DNA of 64,000 nucleotides from Amoebidium appalachense (Eukaryota; Protista; Ichthyosporea): NCBI GenBank assembly GCA_963693365.1, contig CAVNZM010000013.1, positions 8,866,940-8,930,939 of the forward strand. The letters run 5' to 3'. The translations under genes and the position numbers were made by a program. Below, piece after piece: positions 49,164 to 60,067 of the stretch; within the stretch, counting starts at the first letter, position 1, and each line of letters begins with the position of its first letter. The notes under the pieces were generated by a model. That model saw only the letters and a program-made list of their open reading frames with translations. It had not been told where the DNA came from and did no database searches.

Positions 49164-50651
49164 CACACACAGGGTCTGTGTACGTTGCGCAGGGTGCCGA
49201 GTGGGCGCAGGCCAATGTTGTGCCGCACGTGCACAGTGCCGTGGCTGTGGCGGCTGCAAAGGCCGGAGAGGCATCTGAGCATGTGAGCAAGCACGTGTAT
49301 CCCCACGTGGCCCAGACAGCCAATCAGCTGTGGGCACAGGGCAAGGAGGCAGCCACCAAGGTACATGAGTTATCCCCAATGGGCCTGGGGGGGTTGAATG
49401 GTGGGCGCGGCTGGGGTGTGGCTTTGAGCCTGTCTGCAGCAATATGTTACTATTACTACCCCTATGCCCATGCTCATTCTTGTACTCTCGTGCCCTGTGT
49501 CACTGCCCTAGCTAGTCAAGCTGTGGTACATCGCGACAGAAAGGGGCACGGTTGGTTTTTCGTATTCGATCGAATGAGACATGCCTGGCTAATTAGTGCT
49601 ATTTGCTGATGGTTGGATGGCAGGCTGGGGACTGGGTGAGGGCCGAGGCAGCGCAGGTGGGGCCCAGGGCGCAGCAGCTGTACGACCAGGCCAGCGTGGC
49701 TGCTGCCAAGGTGCGGCCTGGCTGGGGTCGATGGGGGCAGGACTGTAGCATGGCCTGAAGGGGTGTGGGCGGGTGGGTGTGCGGGGCTGTCCAGGCTTGT
49801 GATATTCATGTACTTGTGTTCGTTGGGAGGGGGGGGTTGATTGGCAATGCAATCAGTGTGCACACAGAGAGATAGGTGGCAGCTACTGGTGCACGTGTGC
49901 CGTGCAGGGTTGTGCATATCACGTGCCACGTGTGTTACTGACACGTGCAGGGTTGTGCATATCACGTGCCACGTGTGTTACTGACACGCGCATGTGTGTG
50001 CAGTACTATGGGGAGGCCCGTGTGCACGTGCAGCGTGTGGCCAATGAGGCGCAGCCGTGGGTAGAGAAGAATGTTGTGCCCCACGTGCAGACGGCCTGGA
50101 ACGCAGCCTCGGAAAATGCTCAGGTAGAGACCCTCTCTCTCTCCCCCCCCTTTCAGGCTCCCCTTTCCTGAAAATGTCATCCCCGCCTTCAACCTACCCC
50201 GTGGAGCCACATGTATGCACACACCCCTGTGAGTGCTGTGACTCACACATGCATGTGTTATGATGCGTTAAAAAATGCCCCCGGGCAGGAGGGAAAATGT
50301 GGGGGGGAGGAAGGGGCTGGGGCTTTAGCACTTTTTCGAATCGCCCAACCTTTGCTGCTCGTGTGAAGTCGATGTCTTCAAACAACACCCCCCTTCCACT
50401 AGCTGCCAGTCCTCCTCCTCACCCCCCCCCCCCCCCCCCCCCCCCCCCCTTCTCCTGCCACCCACCCACCCACCCACCACTGCCAGCACTTGAATCCACC
50501 CACCCTAATTCACACCCACACATGTTAGCAATGTGGCCATCAGTGGAAGGAGAGCAGTGGCCGCTATTTATTGTTGAGGGGTGCTGACATGTGATTGGTG
50601 CAGGCGGCCCTGCAGTGGGCACAGGCCAAGATTGCTGAGCTGCAGAAGTGA
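34022..50651 (+). CDS. TMEM214-like membrane protein with N-terminal Cys-rich module and C-terminal amphipathic repeats (about 865 aa, 24 exons)
   Basis: Exons 34022-34134, 34928-35073, 35336-35479, 37584-37690, 38045-38174, 40157-40392, 41606-41699, 42123-42237, 42719-42790, 43206-43245, 43590-43700, 44744-44917, 45361-45432, 45844-45909, 46191-46298, 46816-46905, 47190-47265, 47621-47724, 48082-48142, 48395-48490, 49173-49360, 49624-49710, 50004-50123, 50604-50651 join GT-AG into 2598 nt without stops. TM segment RWLFVLALICALVL. MWLLAQARDTDMAVTIDAWAQYYVGALL resembles the TMEM214 core from memory, so the family call is an inference. Confidence 0.75.
36243..36897 (+). mobile_element. Longest copy of the poly-C-associated, 5'-truncated Penelope-like repeat (subfamily A), with a possible ORF tail
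   Basis: Shares 36533-36897 with copy 38527-39506 and its 3' end (tttttgacgcattcaaa + C run) with copies at 39773 and 48874. An open frame to TAG 36417 lies upstream. The left boundary is inferred from the end of CA-rich host sequence. Confidence 0.7.
36720..36804 (+). ncRNA. Candidate non-circularly permuted hammerhead ribozyme (copy 1)
   Basis: Stem III acagtatctgag (36720-31)/ctcgggtactgt (36762-73), GUU site 36731-33, GAAA 36758-61, stem I ggg/ccc and CTGAGGA 36791-97. The stem II strand is mutated in this copy (tgcgctc). Confidence 0.55.
37137..37436 (+). mobile_element. Subfamily B repeat: short 3' fragment (37137-37239) followed by a longer 3' fragment (37245-37436)
   Basis: ~95-bp direct repeat (ttgattttgg...gttgttgctctttgttgtctcctccatatttccaac). 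The longer copy carries agagtcGAAAc..CTGATGAtgggctctg. Both copies end at C runs. Confidence 0.7.
38719..39329. mobile_element. 611-bp nested insertion with TA target duplication and GGGT...ACCC termini
   Basis: The empty site cagTAtctgag (36721-36731) becomes cagTA|gggt...accc|TAtctgag here. Weak TIRs gggt..aaccg / cggtt..accc. Confidence 0.85.
39330..39414 (+). ncRNA. Candidate permuted hammerhead ribozyme (copy 2)
   Basis: tatctgag (39330-37)/ctcgggta (39371-78), GUU 39337-39, ggg (39340-42)/ccc (39398-400), CTGAGGA 39401-07, gggtc (39362-66)/ggctc (39410-14), GAAA 39367-70. Confidence 0.6.
39773..39877 (+). mobile_element. 105-bp 3' fragment of the subfamily A repeat with 15-bp target-site duplication
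   Basis: cccccctcctcacca at 39758-39772 and 39878-39892 flanks the family 3' end. Confidence 0.85.
41417..41605. repeat. 51-bp minisatellite (about 3.7 units) ending at a splice acceptor
   Basis: Units of tagaacacacatctgactgcacgtgcatgcacacaggcacatcaggctaga. Confidence 0.9.
42276..42480. repeat. ~40-bp minisatellite
   Basis: (gt)n-ggtctacttgcttgtgtacccatac, about 5 units. Confidence 0.9.
43718..44222. repeat. 35-bp minisatellite (about 14 units)
   Basis: Units of cacacacgtgtaaatgcatgcacgtgggcgcagta with variant blocks. Confidence 0.92.
46304..46474. repeat. 30-bp minisatellite of palindromic purine-pyrimidine motifs
   Basis: tgcatgcacgtgcatggggcatgcctgcta(t/g), about 5.5 units. Confidence 0.9.
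48874..49033 (+). mobile_element. 160-bp 5'-truncated subfamily A repeat inside poly-C
   Basis: aacgaggggaataggtcGAAActcggg...CTGAGGAtgggctc...gcattcaaaaa with C runs on both sides. Confidence 0.88.
49902..49988. repeat. 43-bp tandem duplication containing the putative branch point
   Basis: gtgcagggttgtgcatatcacgtgccacgtgtgttactgacac occurs twice before acceptor 50003. Confidence 0.85.
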
Positions 50652-52740
50652 GCAAGGGTTGCCTGGACTGGTTGATGGGCTGTATGTAGCAGCATTTTGC
50701 CTGTCTGGTTGTTTTCTAGTTGTTGTTTTTTATCATTCCTATGTGATGGAAGCACACCGATTGCTCCCTTGCGGCCGGTGAGGTGTGCACACTCGTGGCA
50801 GCAAGATACCCCCCTTCCCGGCCCCTTGAACACACACACATGTACACACACACACGCACACACAGTGACACGGGGAGTTCCAAATATTCGGGCTTACTAA
50901 TTGAGTGTGCATGGGCAAACAAATACTTGTAACAATGTGCATGTATGTATCGTGCGGAAACCACATGGACCCGTCGTACGAAGTACATATGGTGTGTCTG
51001 AAACTCAACACGTACAGTGACCCACATACAAACACACACACAAATTTAACAGGCGCACAGACACTACATATGTACACAGAAACACACAACCACACACACG
51101 CACACATATACAGAGCCTGTGTGTGTGTGGACACAAATCAAGTATCATTATCAAGTATTATTCAGGACCCACCGGGAATTCTTTGTGTAGGCCTTCCAAA
51201 GCTGTGCTCTGGCTGTTCGTATGTATTGTTAATACTATTTCTGGTATCATTAGCATTACTGTCATGTAAGTCATATCTGACAGGCGCCGTGCGCCTTTTT
51301 GCAACGTGCATTTAATATTTTCAACATCCGTATTCAACTCCACAAAAACTCCATTATCTCTCACTTGGTTTATTGTGCGAAGGTGTGCAAAGCTCAGAGG
51401 CCTTGGACTGTGCCCCCTACGTTCAGGGTTCGAAACGTTTGCGAAATCCTCGTAAAATGATCTAACCAGTCCACCTTCACTTCAGTCCTCGGCACCGAGA
51501 ACCTTAGTTACGTTCACTTTCTTTATTATATGCCATGTCGTGAAATATTGGGTACATCTTTCTCATTCACCCCTTTTTGTTTTGCTATCCCAGCAACCGA
51601 AATGGACAGAAACAGCAGGAGAGAAAAATAATTCAAAATTTCGAACTATGTTTGAAACTTTTTTTTTTTTTTGAAACTTTCGCATTCTCTTGCGAGGAGT
51701 CCCGGAGGCTAGAATTTTACAAAGTTCAAACCCTTGAGGGCACGACGATTGGCTAGCCATTGTATGACGGGCGCCTACGATGCGATTGAATGCAGAAAAA
51801 TGAAATCTGGTGATTGATCTCAATCTGTAGCGAGGCTATGATTGGCGCAGCAACACGTATTCAGACGATCGAATCGTATACTGATGACGTAAGTCCACAA
51901 CTATTGGCTGTATATCAGCTGCGGTAAGCTTGTACATTTACTGTGACGGTCACCCTTTATGTTTATGTGCAGTATTGTCCCGACTCCCTAGTCAAGTAAT
52001 GCGGTGGGAAGCACTGAAAGATAAGAAAACATATATATACATGATAGTGCTCGAGACGCAAAATAGTGCAGAAGTTGGGCTAGCTCTATATGTCTGGAAT
52101 ATCTATGTTTGCTAACCTGGATTCCTCTGAACCAGGCTGTGAAATTTGGCGGCCGCTGGTTGCCAGCCTAGCCCAATTGCAACAATTCAAAGGCGGCAGT
52201 TCCCGAGCAGTGTCTGAGGCTCTATTTTTATCATTAGGTTCACTAATCTTTCAGCCAGTACTGTACACGTACATAACAGGGATTACTACACTTTGAAAAT
52301 ACCCCTCAGAATGGTCGGTGTATGTGGCAATCGCCGCGCTGGAGGAAAGCCGCCAAAGTGTAAACAAAAGCACAAAATTCACGCCCTGTTCGGAACGTGC
52401 ATATTCGTAGATGATTGGCTACTCATCATGCATGCCATCCACCTGTTGCACCAATCATATGCCCCCGTTGGTTCCAAATATGGAAACAGCAATAACTATA
52501 TAAATCTGCACCTTTTTTTCGATCAAGGGTTTTTTTTTTTGCCTCCAGACCACATCCACACTTTATTGTCTTCGTTTTTTTCTACAGCTAGAAAATGACT
52601 GCCCCGGAAGCTGGGTAAGGGCAGCGCACAAAGCATGTTTACCTGCTTATGATTGTTAATATTTGCCATGTAGTATGACTCTGTCCACCTGAGTGTGGTT
52701 TGCGGAGCATTTGAAAGGGAGGCCCTGGGTAGCAAAGAAG

Positions 52741-54259
52741 ATGGAGCGGTGACACAGAGGTCAGACAGGACGGCGTCGTGTTTCGCTCTTTCGTGCGGAC
52801 AGCACCTGTCTGATAGAGGGAAGAGAAGGGCGTAGTTAAATTGCGGCTAAGAAAGCTGAAGGCACATCTTGCGATTAGTCACATGGCTTTTGGCTACTCA
52901 CACTAACATGGGGGAACGTTGCAGATCTGACATTGCCCTGATCGGCCTAGCCGTGATGGTAACCCCCCCCCCCCCCCCCCCCCCCCCCTCGCCCTCCCCC
53001 ATCCCAACCCCACACGCACACACACACACACACACAAACACACACATGCGCGCGCGCGGCCACAATTTGCGCCCCTTTTCTCCGCTCTGAGGACATTTTC
53101 CTGATGGCCCTTGCACTCCTACTTGCTTTTTCAACCTGTTGTGCCTTCGTCGTTTATTGGCAACCTGGTCCCTTGCACTTTCCCTCCTATGTTTACCGAG
53201 ACTCTGGGTTTGACTTGACCGTGAAAAGTTTACGCATGGCTTGGGGGAGGCGTGGGCGGCCGGGAATGTGGCTGTCCAGTAATATGGGGCGTGGTAGGTG
53301 TGGGGTGCGACGATGGTAAAAGGGAGCGGAGAAGTTTTGGGTTCTACAAGGGAGGGTTGGGGTTTTCTCCCCATTTCTTTCCTCATCCGTATGCTGAAGT
53401 ACCTGTCCGAACACTAGCGGCCCAAACTGGCGCACACTCTTACACGCCCCTGCTGCCATTTTTGTGCATGTCCAACCCCCACCTCCCCCCCCCTCTTCAG
53501 TGGCCTCCTACCTTCCTCCCGCCCCCCCTGAAACACGGTACACACACACACACACACAGCTCCCCCTTCCCCTCTTCGTGAACCACGCACTCAAACCACA
53601 CAGACCGCCGCAACCACCATCCCAACCCAACTATTCTTTTTGCCCCTCCCAACCTGCAATTGCCCCCCCCCCTCCCCCCCCCCCCCCCCTCCCCCCTCCC
53701 CCCCCTCCCCTTGCGTTGGATGCCAATGTAATCACGCTGCCTTTGAGTCAACCCTTCGCTTCCCTACGGCATAGAGGCATATCCTGTGTGTCTCGAACCC
53801 TCCAGCCGTGCCACTCCACTGACACTCACACGTCACGTGCAGGGCCAGAACATCATCCTCAACATGAACGACCACGGGTTTGTGGTGACGGCCTTCAACC
53901 GCACCACCTCAAAGGTCGACGAATTCCTGGCTAACGAGGCCAAGGGTACAAAGGTGCGTGTGCATGTTGGGGTTTGGCTGACGCGTGCATATGCCTGTGT
54001 GTGTGTGTGTGGGCACTGGGTGAGTGTCCTACGCATCGCTTGCTGTGCTAACCCCTCTCCCCCCCTCCCTGCCCCACCCTCCCCACGCTGGTTGGGTTGC
54101 TTGCTTCGTGCATGTGTCTACAAACGCGTTTATACACACTCCAACCAGCCCCCTTCGAGAGCGTCAGGTTGTCTCGAATGCATATGGTTCGAGACACCCT
54201 ATTCCCCCCCTTCCCCCCTCCGCCCGCCCCCGTCTTTTTTGAGACCGATGTGGACCCAT

Positions 54260-54290
<31 letters not shown>

Positions 54291-54421
54291 GTAGGGCTTG
54301 TCTTTCTATGCCATACCATGTGCACACCAATCCCTTTCCACCCCTTCTTCCCGCATCTCATAATCCCCTTTTTTTTGCCACTCCCTACCATCTTATCCTA
54401 AAGCCCACACATCCCTCCCCC

Positions 54422-54514
<93 letters not shown>

Positions 54515-56118
54515 TTGTGGGGGCACACAGCATCGAGGAGATGTGCAGGTCGCTCAAGCGGCCACGGCGTGTGATGATGCTTGTCAAGGCCGGGCAGGCG
54601 GTGGACGACTTTATTGAGCTGCTGCTGCCCCACCTCGAGAAAGGGGATATTATCATCGACGGCGGAAACTCACACTTCCCTGACTCTCAGGTACGTGCGT
54701 GTGTGTGTGTGCGTGCGTGCGTGCGTGGGTACGTGGTTGGGTGCGTGCGTGCGTGGCGCCCGAACCCCGGGAGGGGGGGGAAGGTGAGATTTGATGGCTA
54801 GAGACTGCTTTCATTCAGGTGCGTTTGGGTGGGGGTGGGGGGAGCAGATGTCTTTGTGCTCGCTGGAAGGACTTATACGTGTGACATCACGGGCTTTGCT
54901 AGATCATAAGAGGCGATCTTTTGCCAAGTCCCCCCTCCTGTGCCCTTGCCTCTCCCTGTTCCTGGGGGGGGGGGGGGGGGGGGGGGGTCAGAGGGAGGGC
55001 CGACTGTGCTGTGGCTGACTCTATGTGCAGAGACGCTACGAGTACCTTTCCAGCAAGGGGCTGCACTTTATTGGTGCAGGTGTGTCTGGCGGTGAGGAGG
55101 GTGCCCGCTATGGGCCATCCATCATGCCGGGGGGTGACAAGGCCGCATGGTAAGTGCTATCTGTGTTGCATGCGGTTGGTGGGTTTGTTTGTGCACATCT
55201 GCATGACCTTACCTGCTGTGAATACTACATTCTACCGTTTTTCCAAGGGAGGAGAGGGGGGGCACTCTTCAAACCGCTGACGTGCTGTTTTTAAGCCAAG
55301 AAGTTGACGTCCTTTGCTGTGATTCCCCCACCTTCTAGTGATGCATAGACCTGACCGTGAGCACACCGCGGAATAAAATGTAGCGTTCTTGATATAGCAA
55401 ATGGGCCCGGATCCACTTTCATCCATACATATCAGCCCTTTAAACCTAGTATAAGCCTAACAAAGCTGAGCTCTAAATGTCGACAAGGAAACGACGTTTT
55501 TTTTTTTTTTTTTTTCTAATTGGTCCTTAGCGCGAAGAAAAACCATTGTTTTTGCCTATGTGAGACTTGGTTTTGTAGCACCCCGGGCCGCCGCCAGTGG
55601 CCTCCTCCCAGGCCAATTCGATCAGCGGCGGTCGACACATCGGGGGGGAGACTATGAATTTGAGCCAAGCTATTTGATTGGCCGATACTGATATGAAACT
55701 CAAACTTTCAAACTTTCGCTACTATAAAGGGGTGTGCATCACAGTTGTAATATACGAAAGTTTGCGGCTTCGCCTTGCCCTCAGTATAAAAAGGTATCAA
55801 AATAAGCGTCTTTGTCTCCTGCGTAGTTCTTACTAAGCATGTAATGGGTCCTGGCCGCAATAAAAGCTAATAAATTAGAGCAAAAAAAGGTCAATTTCGA
55901 ATGTCTTTCCTATGATCGCTATGCTTCATTTTATTCGGTCGGTCTGAGCCGCCGGCCGCCGCGGTCAGGTCTATACACCGTGTGCATGTTCACATAGTAT
56001 TTATGCACATGTCTTGTGCTTTGTATGCATGGCGCTCTGGTGTGGACGACTGGTAATTTGACTTGATTTCTTTCTCTCTCTCCTGCTCTATATACACACC
56101 CCCTCGTTTCCCCTCGTG

Positions 56119-56170
<52 letters not shown>

Positions 56171-57786
56171 TCCCCCCCCCCCCCCTTCTCCCCTCCCTAT
56201 GCTCTCTCTCTCTCTCTTTATTTCTCTCTCTCTTCTCCCTCTTCCCCCCCTCCCCCTTCTCTCTCTCTTTCCCCCCCCCCCCCCCCCCCCCCCATTACCA
56301 CCCTCTTCCTTTCTCACACACACACTCTCTCTCTCGCTTTCCCGCCTCCACATTCTGTCTCTCTCCTCTATCTTCCTATCCCTCCCCCACCCTCTCTTTC
56401 TCTTTCTCCCCCCTCCCCCCGGCCTCCGCTGAGGATGGGGTGTGCTTATTATGCATACTCAATATGTGTGGGTTATAATATGTACTTCATAATGTATAAC
56501 ACATCCTCCCCCCCCCCAACCATAACCACTACCAAATTCTCCTAATCGCCCACTTTCTCCTCTCCCCCCCAACACACACCCACCCCCTTCTCTTCCTCTC
56601 TCCCCCTCTCTGTCTCGGTCTCCTTTCTCTCATTTCCCTCCCACTTGTCTCTTTTGCTTTCAACTCTTTCTCCTCCTCTTTTTTGCTCCTGCATCGCCTC
56701 TGCCAATGCCCTCAACACCCAAGCATGTGATCACACAGGGTGTGGCTATCCTGACCCTGACAACCACAGTCTACACCCCCCCCCCCCCCAGGTTGCTCTG
56801 TGTCATGCACCTGTAAGCACCTACCTATTTTTCGCTGCATGCTGCATTAGTTTTGCCTCCACACATGTTCACCGTTTAGCTCACCTTGCATAAGCAACCT
56901 GCTCGTCGTTGATCAAGACGGGTTGGCCCTCCCAAGTTCAGTTGATGCTGCTGCCTGAGTTGGAGAGTCGTATATACGCGGGCTAAGGGGTCGAAACTCA
57001 GACACAATTGATGACTTGGGCCCTCCCTGAGGATGGGCTCTGCTTATGACACATACTGTGTGCATTGCTGATGTTGCATACTTGAATGTTTGCCTTTGCA
57101 TGTGTCCTGCACCTTGCTTCTCATGTTGTTTACTTTGTGCCGTATTTCGCATTCAACCCCCCCTCCCCCCTCCCTCCTCCCCCCTCCTCTGACGCCCCTC
57201 TCCCCCTGCCCCATCTTCTGTACGGCGGATTCTGGATGTTGTTTTCTGCCTTATTGTGCACCTTGCACCCTGCAACAGTCCCTCACCCCCCAACCAACCC
57301 CCTAGGCCGTACGTGAAGGACATCTTCCAGGCCATCAGTGCCAAGGCCAACGGGGAGCCGTGCTGCGACTGGGTGGGCACGGGGGGTGCCGGGCACTTTG
57401 TCAAGATGGTGCACAACGGCATCGAGTACGGCGACATGCAGCGTACGTGCATGCGCCCTGCCAGGCTGGGATGGGGGTGATGGGTGCTGTGTGGTGCCGT
57501 AGAACCTATAACTGTGGATGGGCCGTCCTGAGAATGGGCTCTATTAATGATGGGTACTCTTTGTGTGTGCTTTGCAGACCCTGTGTGGTGTTGTCGGTCG
57601 TGAATGGTACTTTGTGCTGTGTAACACGTTTTAAACCACACACACGCTCGCGTCCACGCACACCCACAGCTGCCCTCTCCCCATCAATGCCCACATGCTC
57701 CTAGTTTCTGCACTTACCTTCATGTTTGGGTGTCTGGTTTGTGCTACTAAGTGTGCACTGGTCTCTCTGCACGTGGCCTGTGCGCC

Positions 57787-57821
<35 letters not shown>

Positions 57822-58886
57822 TATGTCAGGGCATGCCCTCACCCCCCCCTTTTGATTGAGCAGTGATCTGCGAGGCCTACCAGCTGATGAAGGACGGGCT
57901 GGGCATGAGCCACGATGAGATGAGTGAGGTGTTTGCAGACTGGAACAAGAGGGAGCTGGACTCGTTCCTGATCGAGATCACACGGGATATCCTGGCCTTC
58001 AAGGACACGGATGGCAGTGCGCTGGTGGAGAAGATCAGAGACACGGCAGGCCAGAAGGGCACGGGCAAGTGGACGGGTATAGCCGCCCTGGACATGGGCA
58101 TCCCCCTGACGCTGATCGGGGAGAGTGTGTTTGCACGCTGCCTGTCTGCCCTCAAGGACGAAAGAGTGGCAGCCAGCAAGGTGCTGGCTGGGCCAGCAAG
58201 CAGCAAGTACACGGGGGACAAGAAGGAGTTTGTGGACATGATCCGCAAGGTACATGCCCCTGGTTTCTGAACAACCACACCTGCTTTGCATTCTGCATCC
58301 CCCTTCCTCCCTCCCCCCCCTCACCACCACCCCTAACCCCACCCAACGCAACTCAACCCACCCTACCCGGACCCTTCTTTTTGCACTGTGCATGTGCACA
58401 ACGTTTGTCGTTCATCTGCACCTGTTGCTGTGTTGGCCAATGCATGTGCCGACCAGATACTAACATTGTTCTGCAGGCACTCTATGCCAGCAAGATCATC
58501 TCGTATGCCCAGGGCTTCATGCTGATGCGGGAGGCTGCAAAGGAGTACAAGTGGGAGCTCAACTATGGATCTATTGCCCTCATGTGGAGGGGTGGCTGCA
58601 TCATCCGCAGGTGGGTTAAGATGCATAGTGGCAGGGTTGGTGGGTTAGCGCTATGCATGGTGGCAGGGTTGGTGGGTTAGCGCTATGCATGGTGGCAGTA
58701 TGGTGGCTGGATGGTAGCTGACCGTTGGTTCACAGTGTATTCCTGGGGGAGATCAAGCGGGCCTACGACCAGAACCCCGACCTGGTCAATCTGCTGCTCG
58801 ACTCCTTTTTCAAGGACGCAGTCGCATCCTGCCAGGTGGGCCCACACACACACACACATACACACACACACACATACACACATGCA

Positions 58887-58951
<65 letters not shown>

Positions 58952-59066
58952 CACACTTGCACACTTGCTGCCAGCCCTCCACCTTCTCCTTATATACCGG
59001 GTCAATCCTCTGCCGGCCACCGACCACAGCAAGCGCCAGGGCAAAGGGCAGATGCTGACCCCTCAC

Positions 59067-59127
<61 letters not shown>

Positions 59128-59290
59128 ACACACACACAGGATGGCTGGAGGCAGGTAGTGGCCCAGTCAGCCCTGCTGGGCATCCCCACACCGTGCTTCT
59201 CCACGGCCCTGGCCTTCTATGACGGCTACAGGACCGCAATGCTGCCCGCAAACCTGCTGCAGGTACCCTCAATGGCTGCCTGGGCATCTC

Positions 59291-59321
<31 letters not shown>

Positions 59322-59632
59322 AAAAAAAGAAGAAGAAGAAGAAGAAGAAGAAGAAGAAGAAGGCGGAAAAGAACTCCGTTATCACCCCTAGGCATGCACA
59401 TAGACACCACATGGTTTAGGATGGCTGCTTGTGGTCGTAGGTGGAGGCATGAGATGATTGCTGGCTGTGTGCATCTGCAATGTGCATGCACGTGCTCACC
59501 CACACACTGCAGGCACAACGGGACTACTTTGGGGCGCACACGTACGAGCTGCTGACTGCGCCCGGCAAGTGGATCCACACTAACTGGACGGGCCGTGGCG
59601 GCAACGTGTCCTCCACCACATACCAGGCATAG
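52741..59632 (+). CDS. PGD: 6-phosphogluconate dehydrogenase, decarboxylating (482 aa, 11 exons)
   Basis: Exons 52741-52748, 52925-52958, 53843-53953, 54514-54690, 55031-55149, 57306-57442, 57864-58249, 58477-58610, 58736-58835, 59140-59262, 59513-59632 total 1449 nt. Motifs [74 protein letters not shown]. The alternative start ATG 52908 is also in frame. Confidence 0.96.
55346..55973. mobile_element. ~630-bp TIR element in 6PGD intron 5
   Basis: Perfect 12-bp inverted ends tagacctgaccg / cggtcaggtcta plus sub-terminal gaataaaatg / cattttattc. Confidence 0.8.
56790..57156 (+). mobile_element. Divergent (subfamily C) copy of the poly-C-targeting repeat
   Basis: Bounded by C runs and ends in gcattcaa. 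Retains ataagca..ctcgtc..gacggg..ctgagtt..ggtcGAAActc..CTGAGGAtgggctctgcttat. Confidence 0.75.
56952..57041 (+). ncRNA. Candidate permuted hammerhead ribozyme (divergent copy 3)
   Basis: ctgag (56955-59)/ctcag (56997-57001), GUU 56959-61, ggag (56962-65)/ctcc (57023-26), CTGAGGA 57027-33, ggggtc (56987-92)/ggctct (57036-41), GAAA 56993-96. Confidence 0.6.
58632..58697. repeat. 32-bp tandem duplication in 6PGD intron 8
   Basis: gcagggttggtgggttagcgctatgcatggtg occurs twice. Confidence 0.85.
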
Positions 59633-60036
59633 TGTAGGTTGTTAGGGTGGCACTAGGCTAGCACTAATCTACGCCAACACGTGTACGTAGGGTTTAGTTC
59701 ATGGGGGTGTGGTTGCGGTGGTCTGGTGGTTTTTAAAGCTGGAGAATGAAATTGACTTTGTAGGTTTTTAGATGAACATCGTTGATACATGCACAGGCTC
59801 CTACTCTGCTTGGGGCTGGAGCACACCCCAATCCCCATATACAGTTAAGCTGTGGGTGCTACACGTGTGTGTGCATGCACCCTCCCCTTGCACAAACACA
59901 GACACGTGCAGGTCATTGCACACCCACACTCACTCACCCTGGGTGCCAGGCAAATATAAACACCTTTTTTTAGTATTCGACTGTGTACTGGATATGTCGG
60001 GCGTTGGATTCCCCTTCCACCCCCCTCCGCTCCCTC

Positions 60037-60067
<31 letters not shown>

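Noticed and set aside
57009-57030. C/D-box snoRNA or SECIS reading of TGATGA...CTGA in the repeat family
   Set aside because: TGATGA is not conserved in other copies, the spacing does not fit a SECIS, and no in-frame UGA gene is linked. The hammerhead interpretation explains more conserved positions.
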